Assembly: GCA_964653835.1 (NCBI GenBank)
Contig: CAZZFZ010000001.1
Span: forward strand, 19,746-75,687
DNA: 55,942 nt
Reading direction: 5' to 3'
From: an uncultured Anaerolineales bacterium
GTDB lineage: Bacteria > Chloroflexota > Anaerolineae > Anaerolineales > UBA11858
Part shown: piece after piece, positions 8,362 through 16,645 of the stretch
How positions within the stretch are numbered: position 1 is the stretch's first letter
How the letters are laid out: each line of letters begins with the position of its first letter
Program-made: the position numbers and the translations under genes
Notes under the pieces: model-generated
What the model saw: only the letters and a program-made list of their open reading frames with translations
Databases searched by the model: none
What the model was told of the DNA's origin: nothing

Positions 8362-9438
8362 CTACGGCGTGGCCGTGGGGTGGCGTGTGATGGTGGGGGT
8401 AGGCGTGGTTGGCGTTGCCGTTGGCCAGCGTGTGATGGTGGGGGAGAGCGTCGCCGTGGGGGTGATCGGGGTTGGCGTCAGCGTCTGGCTTGGCGTTAGA
8501 GTCAGCGAGGGGGTGTAGGTTGGCGACGACGTGGCCGTGGGGATGGTTGGCGTGATGGTTGGCGTGGGAGTGCGCGTTAGTGTCGGCCAGGGGGTGATGG
8601 TGGGGGTGATGGTCGGCGTATAGGTTGGCGTGTAGGTGCTGGTGGGCGTGGGCGTTGAGGTTGGGGGTTCGCCCTCGACGATGAAACTGCCGCCGACGAT
8701 CCAGTTCAGGCCGATGAAAATCTCCACCCGGTATTCCCCTGGGCGCCAGTCTTCGGCGTCCGGTTGCCAGTCGGAGAATCCAGCCCCTCCACTGCCCCAA
8801 TGCCAGGGACTGGTTTCAAAGTGAACCAGATTGCCCTCGTAATACCATAGCGCCGTCCACTGGGTATCGTCGGTCATGCCGTCGTAGGTGAAGTAGGCGT
8901 ACATGTGGCCGACCGGATTGGTAAAAACTTCGGCGGGTTTGATTGGGCGGTAGAGCGAATCCACGCCCTCGTTGGTGAATTGCAGGCGGCTGAAGACCAC
9001 ATCGGCAGGGGGGGTGAGGTTGCCCTCGAATTGCGCCTCGATGGCCAGGGGGATGTGGGGCGTAGGTGTGATCGTCGGTGTGTTGGAGACCTCTGGCGTG
9101 GGCGTGATGGTCGGCGAATGGGTGATCGTGGGGGTCTGCGAGATTGTGGGGGTCAGGCTGACGGTGGCGGTGAGCGTGGGGGTGACAGAGGGAGGGTAGA
9201 AACTGTAGGCCACCGGTTCGGCGTAACCGTTGACTGCATAGGCCAGACCTCCCAATACCACGAAGAGGAAAACGCGCCGCCAGCCCCGCACCATCCCCTC
9301 GCGGCGCATGCGGAAATAAGGGATCCGGCGCGCGCGGGAGATCGCCCGAATCCCGCTCCACAGGCTGAGCAGGGCCAGCAGGCTGAGAACGATGGTCGCG
9401 GTGAGTACGCCGGTGCGGACGTCCAGATTTACAGGCAT
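8362..9438 (-). CDS. Membrane protein with two Pro/Thr-rich low-complexity linkers flanking a globular domain
   Basis: 358 aa. Two N-terminal hydrophobic helices. 'TPTLTATVSLTPTISQTPTITHSPTITPTPEVSNTPTITPTP', then a ~150-aa Trp/Tyr-rich domain, then a ~110-aa C-terminal TPT/ITP tract. Confidence 0.8.
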   Translation of the reverse strand: MPVNLDVRTGVLTATIVLSLLALLSLWSGIRAISRARRIPYFRMRREGMVRGWRRVFLFVVLGGLAYAVNGYAEPVAYSFYPPSVTPTLTATVSLTPTISQTPTITHSPTITPTPEVSNTPTITPTPHIPLAIEAQFEGNLTPPADVVFSRLQFTNEGVDSLYRPIKPAEVFTNPVGHMYAYFTYDGMTDDTQWTALWYYEGNLVHFETSPWHWGSGGAGFSDWQPDAEDWRPGEYRVEIFIGLNWIVGGSFIVEGEPPTSTPTPTSTYTPTYTPTITPTITPWPTLTRTPTPTITPTIPTATSSPTYTPSLTLTPSQTLTPTPITPTATLSPTITRWPTATPTTPTPTITRHPTATP

Positions 9439-9455
9439 GAAGGTTAGCCTTGTGG

Positions 9456-10226
9456 TCAGGCGCGTTCTTCGGCGATGACCGGGTTGACCAGCTCGCCGAT
9501 TCCTTCGATGTGAACGCGCACTTCATCCCCGGGGTTGAGCGGGCTGACGCCGGCAGGCGTGCCGGTCAGGATCAGGTCGCCGGGTTCCAGGGTCATCACG
9601 GAAGAGATAAAAGCGATCAATTGCGGGATGGAGAAGACCATATCGCGGGTGGAGGCCATCTGGCGCATCTCGCCGTTGACGTGGCAGGTGACCAGTACAT
9701 CGGTTGGGTCGATGGCGGTTTCAATCCACGGCCCCAGCGGGCAGAAGGTATCGAAGCCTTTGCCGCGCGTCCACTGGCCGTCGCTCATTTGCAGGTCGCG
9801 TGCGGTGACATCGTTGGCGGCGGTGTAGCCCAGGATGTGGTTTTTGGCCTCTTCAGGGGCGATCCAGCGGCCGCGCTTGCTGATGACTACGGCCAGCTCG
9901 GCCTCGTGCTCCACCTGCTTGGATTGTGGCGGCAGCACGATGTCCTCGCCCGGCGCGATCACCGCCGAGGGGGGTTTGAGGAAGATCAGGGGGACCTTCG
10001 GCACCTCGGCCTGATGTTCGGCGGCGTGGGCGGCGTAGTTGCGGCCCACGCAGATGATTTTGCTTGGCTGCACCGGCGCGAGAAGACGAATCTCACTGAG
10101 AGGAAAGCGCAGTTCTCCTCGCTGATAAGCCCCGAAAATGTCGCCGTCAATCGGCCCGGCCTGATCTTCGAGCACCCAGCCGTAAGCGGCTTCGCCGTTG
10201 GAGGTTTGGTAACGAATGATGCGCAT
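9456..10226 (-). CDS. Fumarylacetoacetate hydrolase (FAH) family protein
   Basis: 'KIICVGRNYAAHAAE', 'PLIFLKP', 'EAELAVVI', 'GYT..NDVTARDLQ', 'KGFDTFCPLGPW', 'MVF....LIAFIS..MTL.PGDLILTGTP.GV'. Start chosen at 'MRIIRY' (ATG 10226); the track ORF extends to 10268. Confidence 0.9.
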   Translation of the reverse strand: MRIIRYQTSNGEAAYGWVLEDQAGPIDGDIFGAYQRGELRFPLSEIRLLAPVQPSKIICVGRNYAAHAAEHQAEVPKVPLIFLKPPSAVIAPGEDIVLPPQSKQVEHEAELAVVISKRGRWIAPEEAKNHILGYTAANDVTARDLQMSDGQWTRGKGFDTFCPLGPWIETAIDPTDVLVTCHVNGEMRQMASTRDMVFSIPQLIAFISSVMTLEPGDLILTGTPAGVSPLNPGDEVRVHIEGIGELVNPVIAEERA

Positions 10227-10331
10227 GGGTTTTGTACCTTTTTGGTGAATGCGTGTAAAGTCTATCACAAGATCGAAGAAGGGGGCAGATGTTCTCCGGA
10301 ATCTCTTCCGGTGCGTGGGCGCGGCGAGGCG

Positions 10332-11210
10332 TTAGGGGGCGAGCGGGAGGGTGACCAGCATGCCGGTCAGCGCGTCCAGGCCCGAGGAGTTTCCCCAGCC
10401 GAGGAGGTCATCCAGCGTCTTTTCTGTGGCGGTGCGTGTGCCCATCAAGGCGTCCAGCGCGTGGATCAGACGTTCGTCCGCCAGCCCGTCGCCGGCGCAG
10501 GCGATCAGCCCGGCGCTGATCGCCGTGGAGCGCGCCTGGATCATCTGGATTAGCTCTTCTTGGAGATTCTCCAGATCGCCTCTCAGGCCCAGGACATTGC
10601 CCCAGCGGTGGAGGGCGAGCATCAGCCCGAGGAGGAAATCGTCGCCCGATGGGGTGAGGCCCCCGCCGTAGCCGATTAACGGTACGGCCAGGGCAGGGAT
10701 TTGCTGCCAGCGTGCCTCGTGGAGGGCGGCGCGAATCGCCAGTACGGCTTCTTCCCGCGGATGCTGGCCTTTAGCCTGGCGTGAAAGTAAGGCGGGGATG
10801 ATGGGGGCAAACCCTCTCTCTGGTTTGCGGTGGTATGCCTGGATGGCAAAGCCAGGCCGAGGGGAGGGATGCGCCGCGAGAGGCGGTTCGGGGCACCAGA
10901 CCTGCGCCTGCCGCAGGTCAATTTGCAGCTTGACCTGTGAGAACAGGAGCCCCTCGGGTGCGCGTTCCCCTGCGGTTTCTGGAGTCAGGCGTGCGAGTTT
11001 GGGGGCGTCCTGGTGATCCAGGTTAAGCGTCAGCGGGCCGCGAAAACGTTCTGTCGAGAGGAAGACGATCTTCCGATTGGAGCATTGCAGGAACGCGCCG
11101 CGCGAAGTCGTCCCCACAACTTGAAGTGAGCGAGTCTGGTGCAGAATCTGCTGCGCTGCTGATCCGATGGAAGTGCACTGGAGTGAAGCGGTGGAGCTCG
11201 TTGGATTCAT
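10332..11210 (-). CDS. DUF2877 (E. coli YlbF-like) protein
   Basis: 292 aa. The motif 'LIGYGGGLTPSGDDFLLGLMLAL' and the overall size fit what I recall of DUF2877. It lies next to the FdrA and DUF1116 genes, its usual partners. Confidence 0.7.
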   Translation of the reverse strand: MNPTSSTASLQCTSIGSAAQQILHQTRSLQVVGTTSRGAFLQCSNRKIVFLSTERFRGPLTLNLDHQDAPKLARLTPETAGERAPEGLLFSQVKLQIDLRQAQVWCPEPPLAAHPSPRPGFAIQAYHRKPERGFAPIIPALLSRQAKGQHPREEAVLAIRAALHEARWQQIPALAVPLIGYGGGLTPSGDDFLLGLMLALHRWGNVLGLRGDLENLQEELIQMIQARSTAISAGLIACAGDGLADERLIHALDALMGTRTATEKTLDDLLGWGNSSGLDALTGMLVTLPLAP

Positions 11211-11221
11211 CCGTTCAGGTC

Positions 11222-11249
11222 TTGTGTAATTTTATGTGTGGATTATAAT
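11222..11249 (+). promoter_or_regulatory. Candidate sigma-A promoter in the divergent intergenic region
   Basis: TTGTGT (11222-11227), 16-nt spacer, TATAAT (11244-11249). A second TATAAT lies at 11268-11273. This would give a leader of about 130 nt to the CoA-transferase gene. Confidence 0.35.
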
Positions 11250-11385
11250 GGGGCGTGTGCATTGATGTATAATAACACCCCGAGGCGAAGCCTGACAGTC
11301 TGAGAACAGGCGGCGCCTCCCCCTAATTGACAATTGAGATGATGAGTCCCGTAAGCCGGATACTAGCGTTGGTGGAGGCGCGTTG

Positions 11386-12594
11386 ATGCAGGCATTGAGC
11401 GACATCCGGGTATTGGATCTGACCCGCGCCCTGGCGGGCCCGTTTTGTACGATGATGTTGGGGGATTTGGGCGCAGATGTGATCAAGGTGGAGCGCCCTG
11501 GCAAGGGGGACGAAAGTCGCGGCTGGGGGCCGCCGTTTGTGGGGGAATCTTATGAAGGCTATCCGGGCGAATCGGCGTATTTTCTGGCTATCAATCGCAA
11601 CAAGCGCAGTCTGACCGTAAACTTGAAATCTGCTGAAGGGCAGGAGATCATCCGCCGCCTGGTCAAAGAGGTGGATGTTTTTGTTGAGAACTTCCGCACC
11701 GGCGTGCTGGACGCCATGGGGCTGGGGTATGAGGACTTGCGCGCCGTCAACCCGCGCCTGGTGTATTGCTCGATCAGCGGCTATGGACGCACCGGCCCCT
11801 ATGCCAATCGCCCAGGGTATGACGCCATCTTGCAGGCCGAGGGCGGGCTGATGAGCATCACCGGCCCGGTGGAAGGGCCGCCTTCACGCGTGGGGATTCC
11901 CATCATTGATATCACCACAGGGATGTTCGCCGCCAGCGCCATTCTCGCCGCGCTGCGAGCGCGCGATCAGAGCGGCGAGGGGCAGCTTGTGGATATCTCG
12001 CTACTGGATACCAGTGTGGCGTTGCTGTCGAACGTGGCTTCGAATTACCTGGTGGGGGGGATTGAGCCGCCGCGGTTAGGCAACGCTCATCCCAATATCG
12101 CGCCCTATGGCGCCTTTCGGGCGCAGGATCGCTGGTTTGTGCTAGGCGCGGCCAATGAGCGGCAATGGGGGTTGTTGTGTGACGTACTTGGGCAGCCTGA
12201 GTTGAAGGATGACCCTCGCTTTGCCACAAATGGCGACCGCCTGGCCAACCGGGAGGCTCTGCACGATACGCTGAATCAGTTGTTTGCCACCCGCCCGGCG
12301 GAGGACTGGCTGGCGCAGCTGCGCCAGGGAGGTTTGCCATGCGGGCCGATCAACGCCATCCCGGATGTGTTTGCTCATCCACAGGCGGCAGCGCGCGACT
12401 TCGCTTTATCTGTTGAGCACCCCTCGGCTGGCGAGGTGAAGGTGGCGGGGTTCCCCTACAAGCTCTCCGAGACGCCAGCGACGATCCGACGCCCGCCGCC
12501 CAGGCTTGGCGAGCACACGGCCGAGGTGTTGGAGCAAATACTGGGCGTTGACTCTCAGAAACTGACACACTATCGCCAGCACGGCGTGGTGTGA
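11386..12594 (+). CDS. Family III CoA-transferase (CaiB/BaiF/Frc type)
   Basis: 'IRVLDLTRALAGPFCTMMLGDLGADVIKVERP..GD..R', 'N.NKRS...LK...G', 'DV.VENFR.GV...LG' and 'SISGYG..GP' are hallmark strings. GGAGG lies 8 nt before ATG 11386. Confidence 0.9.
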   Translation: MQALSDIRVLDLTRALAGPFCTMMLGDLGADVIKVERPGKGDESRGWGPPFVGESYEGYPGESAYFLAINRNKRSLTVNLKSAEGQEIIRRLVKEVDVFVENFRTGVLDAMGLGYEDLRAVNPRLVYCSISGYGRTGPYANRPGYDAILQAEGGLMSITGPVEGPPSRVGIPIIDITTGMFAASAILAALRARDQSGEGQLVDISLLDTSVALLSNVASNYLVGGIEPPRLGNAHPNIAPYGAFRAQDRWFVLGAANERQWGLLCDVLGQPELKDDPRFATNGDRLANREALHDTLNQLFATRPAEDWLAQLRQGGLPCGPINAIPDVFAHPQAAARDFALSVEHPSAGEVKVAGFPYKLSETPATIRRPPPRLGEHTAEVLEQILGVDSQKLTHYRQHGVV

Positions 12595-12628
12595 GCGCAT
12601 AAATCCATTCGTAAAAAAAGGAGCAGGC

Positions 12629-14350
12629 ATGGCTAAAATTGCTGTGGAGATTCGTTCGGGGGCGTATTACGATTCCGCTTTTTTGATGCAGTTGCAGGGA
12701 TTCCTGGCCGATCAGCCCGGGGTGTTGGACGTCGGCGTGGTGATGGGCACAGATGCGAACAAGGACGTGCTCGCTCAAAGCGGGTTGCTGGTGCACGAGG
12801 CGCAGGACGCCCTGGCGGACGACCTGGTGATCGTCATTAAGGGAGAGACGGAGGAAGCCGCTCAACTCGCCCTCAGTAAGGTGGATGAGTTAATCGCCTC
12901 GCGACGCAGCCGCGGCGGCGATGAAGATTACTTGCCCAAGACGGTTGCCTCGGCTGCAGCGATGCTCCCTGAAGCGCAGTGGGTGCTGGTTTCGGTGGCC
13001 GGGCGTTACGCCGCCGGCGTGGCGCGCCAGGCGTTGGCGCAGAATAAGCACGTTTTCCTTTATAGTGATAACGTCTCCGTGGAGGACGAGGTCGCCTTGA
13101 AACAGGAAGCCGCCAGCAAGGGGTTGCTGGTGATGGGGCCAGACTGCGGCACGGCGATCATTAACGGCATCGGTTTGGGGTTTGCCAACAAGGTGCGCGC
13201 CGGTTCTATTGGCATGGTGGCGGCTTCCGGGACCGGTTTGCAGCAGGTCTCGGTGCGTATCCATCAAATGGGCGGTGGGCTGACCCACGCCATCGGCACC
13301 GGCGGACGGGACGTCAAGGATGCTGTGGGGGCGATCACCGTGCGCCAGGGGTTGGATTTGCTCAGCCGAGACCCGGACACGAAAGTGATTGTGCTGGTCT
13401 CCAAGCCGCCTTCTAAGAAAGTCGCCGATGACCTGGTGCAGGCGGCGCGCAGGGCGGGCAAGCCGGTGGTGATTGACTTTATCGGCTATGCCACGGCGCT
13501 GCGTCAGGTGGAGAATATTTACTTCGCCACCACCTTTGACGAGGCTGCCCAGCTGGCGGTGGAACTATCTCAGGTAGATGCCGATTGGGGCGCGTCAGAT
13601 GTGTCGAAGTTTGCCCCGGAGCAAAAATACCTGCGTGGGCTGTTCTCGGGCGGCACACTGGCCTATGAGAGCCTGCTGATCCTGCATAATTATTTCCCCG
13701 GTGTGTATTCCAACATCCCCTTGAGTGAAGAGTATCGTCTGAAGGACTCGCTCGTCAGCCAGGAGCACACCCTGATTGACCTGGGCGAGGACGAGTTTAC
13801 CGTGGGGCGATTACACCCGATGATGGACAACGACCTGCGGGTGCGCCGCATCGCCAAAGAGGCCGCTGACCCTGAGACCGCGGTGATCCTGCTGGATGTG
13901 GTGCTGGGTTACGGCGCGCATGCAGACCCGGCCAGCGAACTGGCCCCGGCGATCGCCGCGGCCATCCAGACCGCCAAAGAAGCGGGGCGCCATCTGGAGG
14001 TTGTCGCCGTGGTTTCCGGTACGGATGAAGATCCGCAGGACATGGCTGCTCAAATTGAGGCGCTGGAGCAGGCTGGCGCGCGCGTTGAGACCAGCAACGA
14101 TCAGGCGGCCAATTATGTTGGACGATTGTTGAAGGCGTTGGAAGAGCGCGATGTCACGTCGGAAGAGTCCGCATCTGGCGTCGATCTGGCGACTCTCAAG
14201 CAACCGCTGGCGGCGATCAACGTCGGCCTCGAATCGTTCACTGAGAGCCTTGAGGCGCAGGGCGCACGAGTGGTTCATGTAGATTGGCGACCTCCGGCGC
14301 GCGGCAATGAAAAACTGGCGGGGATCCTGGAGCGCATGCGGAGCAAGTAA
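12629..14350 (+). CDS. fdrA: FdrA-like protein (succinyl-CoA-synthetase-like fold)
   Basis: 'GLLVMGPDCGTAIINGIGLGFANKV', 'GMVAASGTGLQQV', 'THAIGTGGRDV' and 'VLVSKPPS' parallel my recollection of E. coli FdrA. Good SD (AAGGAG) is present. Confidence 0.88.
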   Translation: MAKIAVEIRSGAYYDSAFLMQLQGFLADQPGVLDVGVVMGTDANKDVLAQSGLLVHEAQDALADDLVIVIKGETEEAAQLALSKVDELIASRRSRGGDEDYLPKTVASAAAMLPEAQWVLVSVAGRYAAGVARQALAQNKHVFLYSDNVSVEDEVALKQEAASKGLLVMGPDCGTAIINGIGLGFANKVRAGSIGMVAASGTGLQQVSVRIHQMGGGLTHAIGTGGRDVKDAVGAITVRQGLDLLSRDPDTKVIVLVSKPPSKKVADDLVQAARRAGKPVVIDFIGYATALRQVENIYFATTFDEAAQLAVELSQVDADWGASDVSKFAPEQKYLRGLFSGGTLAYESLLILHNYFPGVYSNIPLSEEYRLKDSLVSQEHTLIDLGEDEFTVGRLHPMMDNDLRVRRIAKEAADPETAVILLDVVLGYGAHADPASELAPAIAAAIQTAKEAGRHLEVVAVVSGTDEDPQDMAAQIEALEQAGARVETSNDQAANYVGRLLKALEERDVTSEESASGVDLATLKQPLAAINVGLESFTESLEAQGARVVHVDWRPPARGNEKLAGILERMRSK

Positions 14351-14374
14351 CACACAAAGTACGCGGAGGCGAAG

Positions 14375-15268
14375 ATGAAAGAATTTATTGGTGCATGTGT
14401 TCAAATTGCCATCACGCCGAACGATGTGAAAGCCAACGTGGAAAAGGGCGTTGCTTGGCTGGAGAAGGCCGCGCGCGAATACGAGGCCGAGCTGATCGCA
14501 TTCCCTGAGACGGTGACCACTGGCTATGACACCGGTTTGACCGCTGAAGGGTTATGGGATCTGGTGGATGAAGCCGGTGGCGAGATCAGCCGGGAGATCC
14601 AGAAAGCTGCTAAGTCCCTGGGGGTTCATGTGATCTGGCCTTCTTATCGCCGTGGCCCAAACCGCGGGGAGGTGTACAACTCCTCCATTTTGATCGGCCC
14701 GGACGGGGAGATCATCGGCATTTATGATAAGACACACCCCGCGCCATGGGAGCGCGTTCAGGGCGGCGGCTGGGCGACCATGGGGACCCGCGCCGACGTC
14801 TTTGAGACCGCGCTGGGGAATATCGGCATGATTATCTGTTACGATGGCGATTTCCCTGAACTTTCGCGCTTGCTGGCGATCCGGGGCGCGGAGGTGATTG
14901 TGCGTTCGGCAGCGCTGCAACGCAGTTACGATATCTGGTACATCACCAATTGCGCCCGCGCCTACGATAATCACGTCTACCTGATGGGGAGCAACCTGGT
15001 GGGGCCAGACGCAGCCGGGAATTATGGTTTTGGACACAGCATGATCGTCAACCCGATTGCCTGGCGGCTGGCGCAGGCGCGCGGCACGGAGGAGATCATC
15101 GCCGCCCGTCTCGACCCCGACCCGATGCGCTATATCACTTATGGCAGCAAAAGCCCGCAGACCTTCGATCATCTTGAAGATCGTAACCTGGAATTGTACG
15201 CAGAGATTCTCAAGGAGGCGCGCGCCCGCTTTGAACCGGGTAAACGTTTTCCTCAAGATAAAGCCTGA
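14375..15268 (+). CDS. Carbon-nitrogen hydrolase (nitrilase superfamily amidase)
   Basis: The Glu-Lys-Cys triad contexts are visible: 'LIAFPET', 'YDKTHP', 'MIICYDGDFPE'. 297 aa. Confidence 0.9.
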   Translation: MKEFIGACVQIAITPNDVKANVEKGVAWLEKAAREYEAELIAFPETVTTGYDTGLTAEGLWDLVDEAGGEISREIQKAAKSLGVHVIWPSYRRGPNRGEVYNSSILIGPDGEIIGIYDKTHPAPWERVQGGGWATMGTRADVFETALGNIGMIICYDGDFPELSRLLAIRGAEVIVRSAALQRSYDIWYITNCARAYDNHVYLMGSNLVGPDAAGNYGFGHSMIVNPIAWRLAQARGTEEIIAARLDPDPMRYITYGSKSPQTFDHLEDRNLELYAEILKEARARFEPGKRFPQDKA

Positions 15269-15294
15269 TGAATAAATAGAGAGGAAGGTTCCCG

Positions 15295-16536
15295 ATGGAT
15301 ATTGAAAAAGCCAATGCTGAAGCTGTAGGTCGCATGATGGAGGCGCGTCCTACGGTGGTGGGGATGGCGAAAGCCATTGATGTTGTCCCCGGGATGCGGG
15401 AAGACTTGCTGATGCACGCCGGCCCGCCGATCACCTGGGAGCGAGCTTCTGGCCCGATGAAGGGGGCGATTACCGGGGCGTTGATTTTTGAGGGCAAAGC
15501 CAAAAACATGGAAGAGGCCCAAAAGCTGGTCGAATCCGGCGAGATCAAGCTGGAGCCTTGCCATCACCATCAATCGGTGGGGCCGATGGCCGGAGTGACC
15601 TCTCCCCATATGTCGGTCTATATCCTCGAAAACAAAACGCATGGGAATTACACCTACTCCAACCTCAACGAGGGATATGGCAAGGTGCTGCGCTACGGGG
15701 CGTACAGCGAGGAAGTGATCGAAAAGCTGACGTGGATGGAAGAGGTCATGGCCCCTGTGCTGGGCAAAGCGATCGAATTGAGCGGTGGGATTGATATCCG
15801 ATCGCTGCTGGCTGAGGCTCTCCACATGGGTGACGAGGGGCACAACCGCAACAAGGCGGGTTCGGTGCTCTTCACCAAGGCGCTGGCACCTTATATCGTC
15901 AAGGCCACCGATGATCGCGAGGTCGCTTCCGAGATCATCAAGTTTATGGGCGACAACGCCCTGACGGTTCTCAATCCGGTGATGGCGGCCTGCAAGTCGA
16001 TGGTGGACGTGGCGCACAACGTGGAGGGCAGCACCATCGTCAGCGTGATGGCGCGCAACGGCACCGATTTTGGTATTCGCGTTTCGGGCCTCGGCGACCG
16101 CTGGTTCACCGCGCCGGTGGCTAAGCCTAAAGGGTTGTACTTCCCCGGCTTCACCGAGGACGACTCCAGTGGCGACATCGGCGACAGCACGATCACCGAG
16201 ACGGCGGGCATCGGCGGCTTCGCCATGGCGGCGGCCCCGGCGATCGTCACCTTCGTCAGCGGCACGCCCAAGGACGCCATCAATGCCACGCTGGAGATGT
16301 ATGAGATCACTTTCACCGAGCACAAGTTCTTCACCATCCCGCAGCTCGATTTCCGCGGTACGCCCACCGGCATTGATATCCGCAAGGTGGTTGAAACCGG
16401 CATAACGCCGCGCGTCAACACCGGCATCGCCCACAAAGACCCCGGCGTTGGCCAGGTCGGCGCGGGTCTGGTGCGCCCGCCGATGGAAATGTTCGAAGAG
16501 GCGTTGGTGGCCTTCGCGGAGAAGTATGGGTTTTAG
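15295..16536 (+). CDS. DUF1116 (E. coli YlbE-like) protein
   Basis: 'LLMHAGPPITWE...GPMKGA', 'PCHHHQSVGPMAGV', 'NLNEGYGKVLRYGAY', 'FGIRVSGLGDRWFTAP', 'ITETAGIGGFAM' and 'VETGITPRVNTGIAHK' closely parallel my recollection of YlbE. Confidence 0.88.
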   Translation: MDIEKANAEAVGRMMEARPTVVGMAKAIDVVPGMREDLLMHAGPPITWERASGPMKGAITGALIFEGKAKNMEEAQKLVESGEIKLEPCHHHQSVGPMAGVTSPHMSVYILENKTHGNYTYSNLNEGYGKVLRYGAYSEEVIEKLTWMEEVMAPVLGKAIELSGGIDIRSLLAEALHMGDEGHNRNKAGSVLFTKALAPYIVKATDDREVASEIIKFMGDNALTVLNPVMAACKSMVDVAHNVEGSTIVSVMARNGTDFGIRVSGLGDRWFTAPVAKPKGLYFPGFTEDDSSGDIGDSTITETAGIGGFAMAAAPAIVTFVSGTPKDAINATLEMYEITFTEHKFFTIPQLDFRGTPTGIDIRKVVETGITPRVNTGIAHKDPGVGQVGAGLVRPPMEMFEEALVAFAEKYGF

Positions 16537-16549
16537 CTAACAGGTAACA

Positions 16550-16631
16550 AGGTAACTGGGTGATTAGGGATTAGGTGAATTCCTGCATTCCTAGTTACCT
16601 AATACCTGGTTGCCTTTTTGCCCAGTTACCT
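16550..16631 (+). promoter_or_regulatory. Two-tier inverted-repeat element built from AGGTAAC / GTTACCT units
   Basis: AGGTAACTGGG (16550-16560) pairs with CCCAGTTACCT (16621-16631), a perfect 11 bp. ATTAGGT (16570-16576) pairs with ACCTAAT (16597-16603). Extra AGGTAAC at 16542 and GTTACCT at 16594. Located in the 109-nt gap before the tandem-cyclase gene. Confidence 0.35.
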
Positions 16632-16645
16632 GACTGGAGGAAGAG

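Noticed and set aside
8362-9190. Repetitive DNA that might be taken for a CRISPR or VNTR array
   Set aside because: The repeats are irregular codon-level ACC/CCG/ATC reiterations encoding Thr-Pro-Ile tracts within one long ORF. There is no constant repeat/spacer periodicity. The His-rich ORFs 8260-8499 and 8312-8800 are alternative-frame artefacts of the same repeats.
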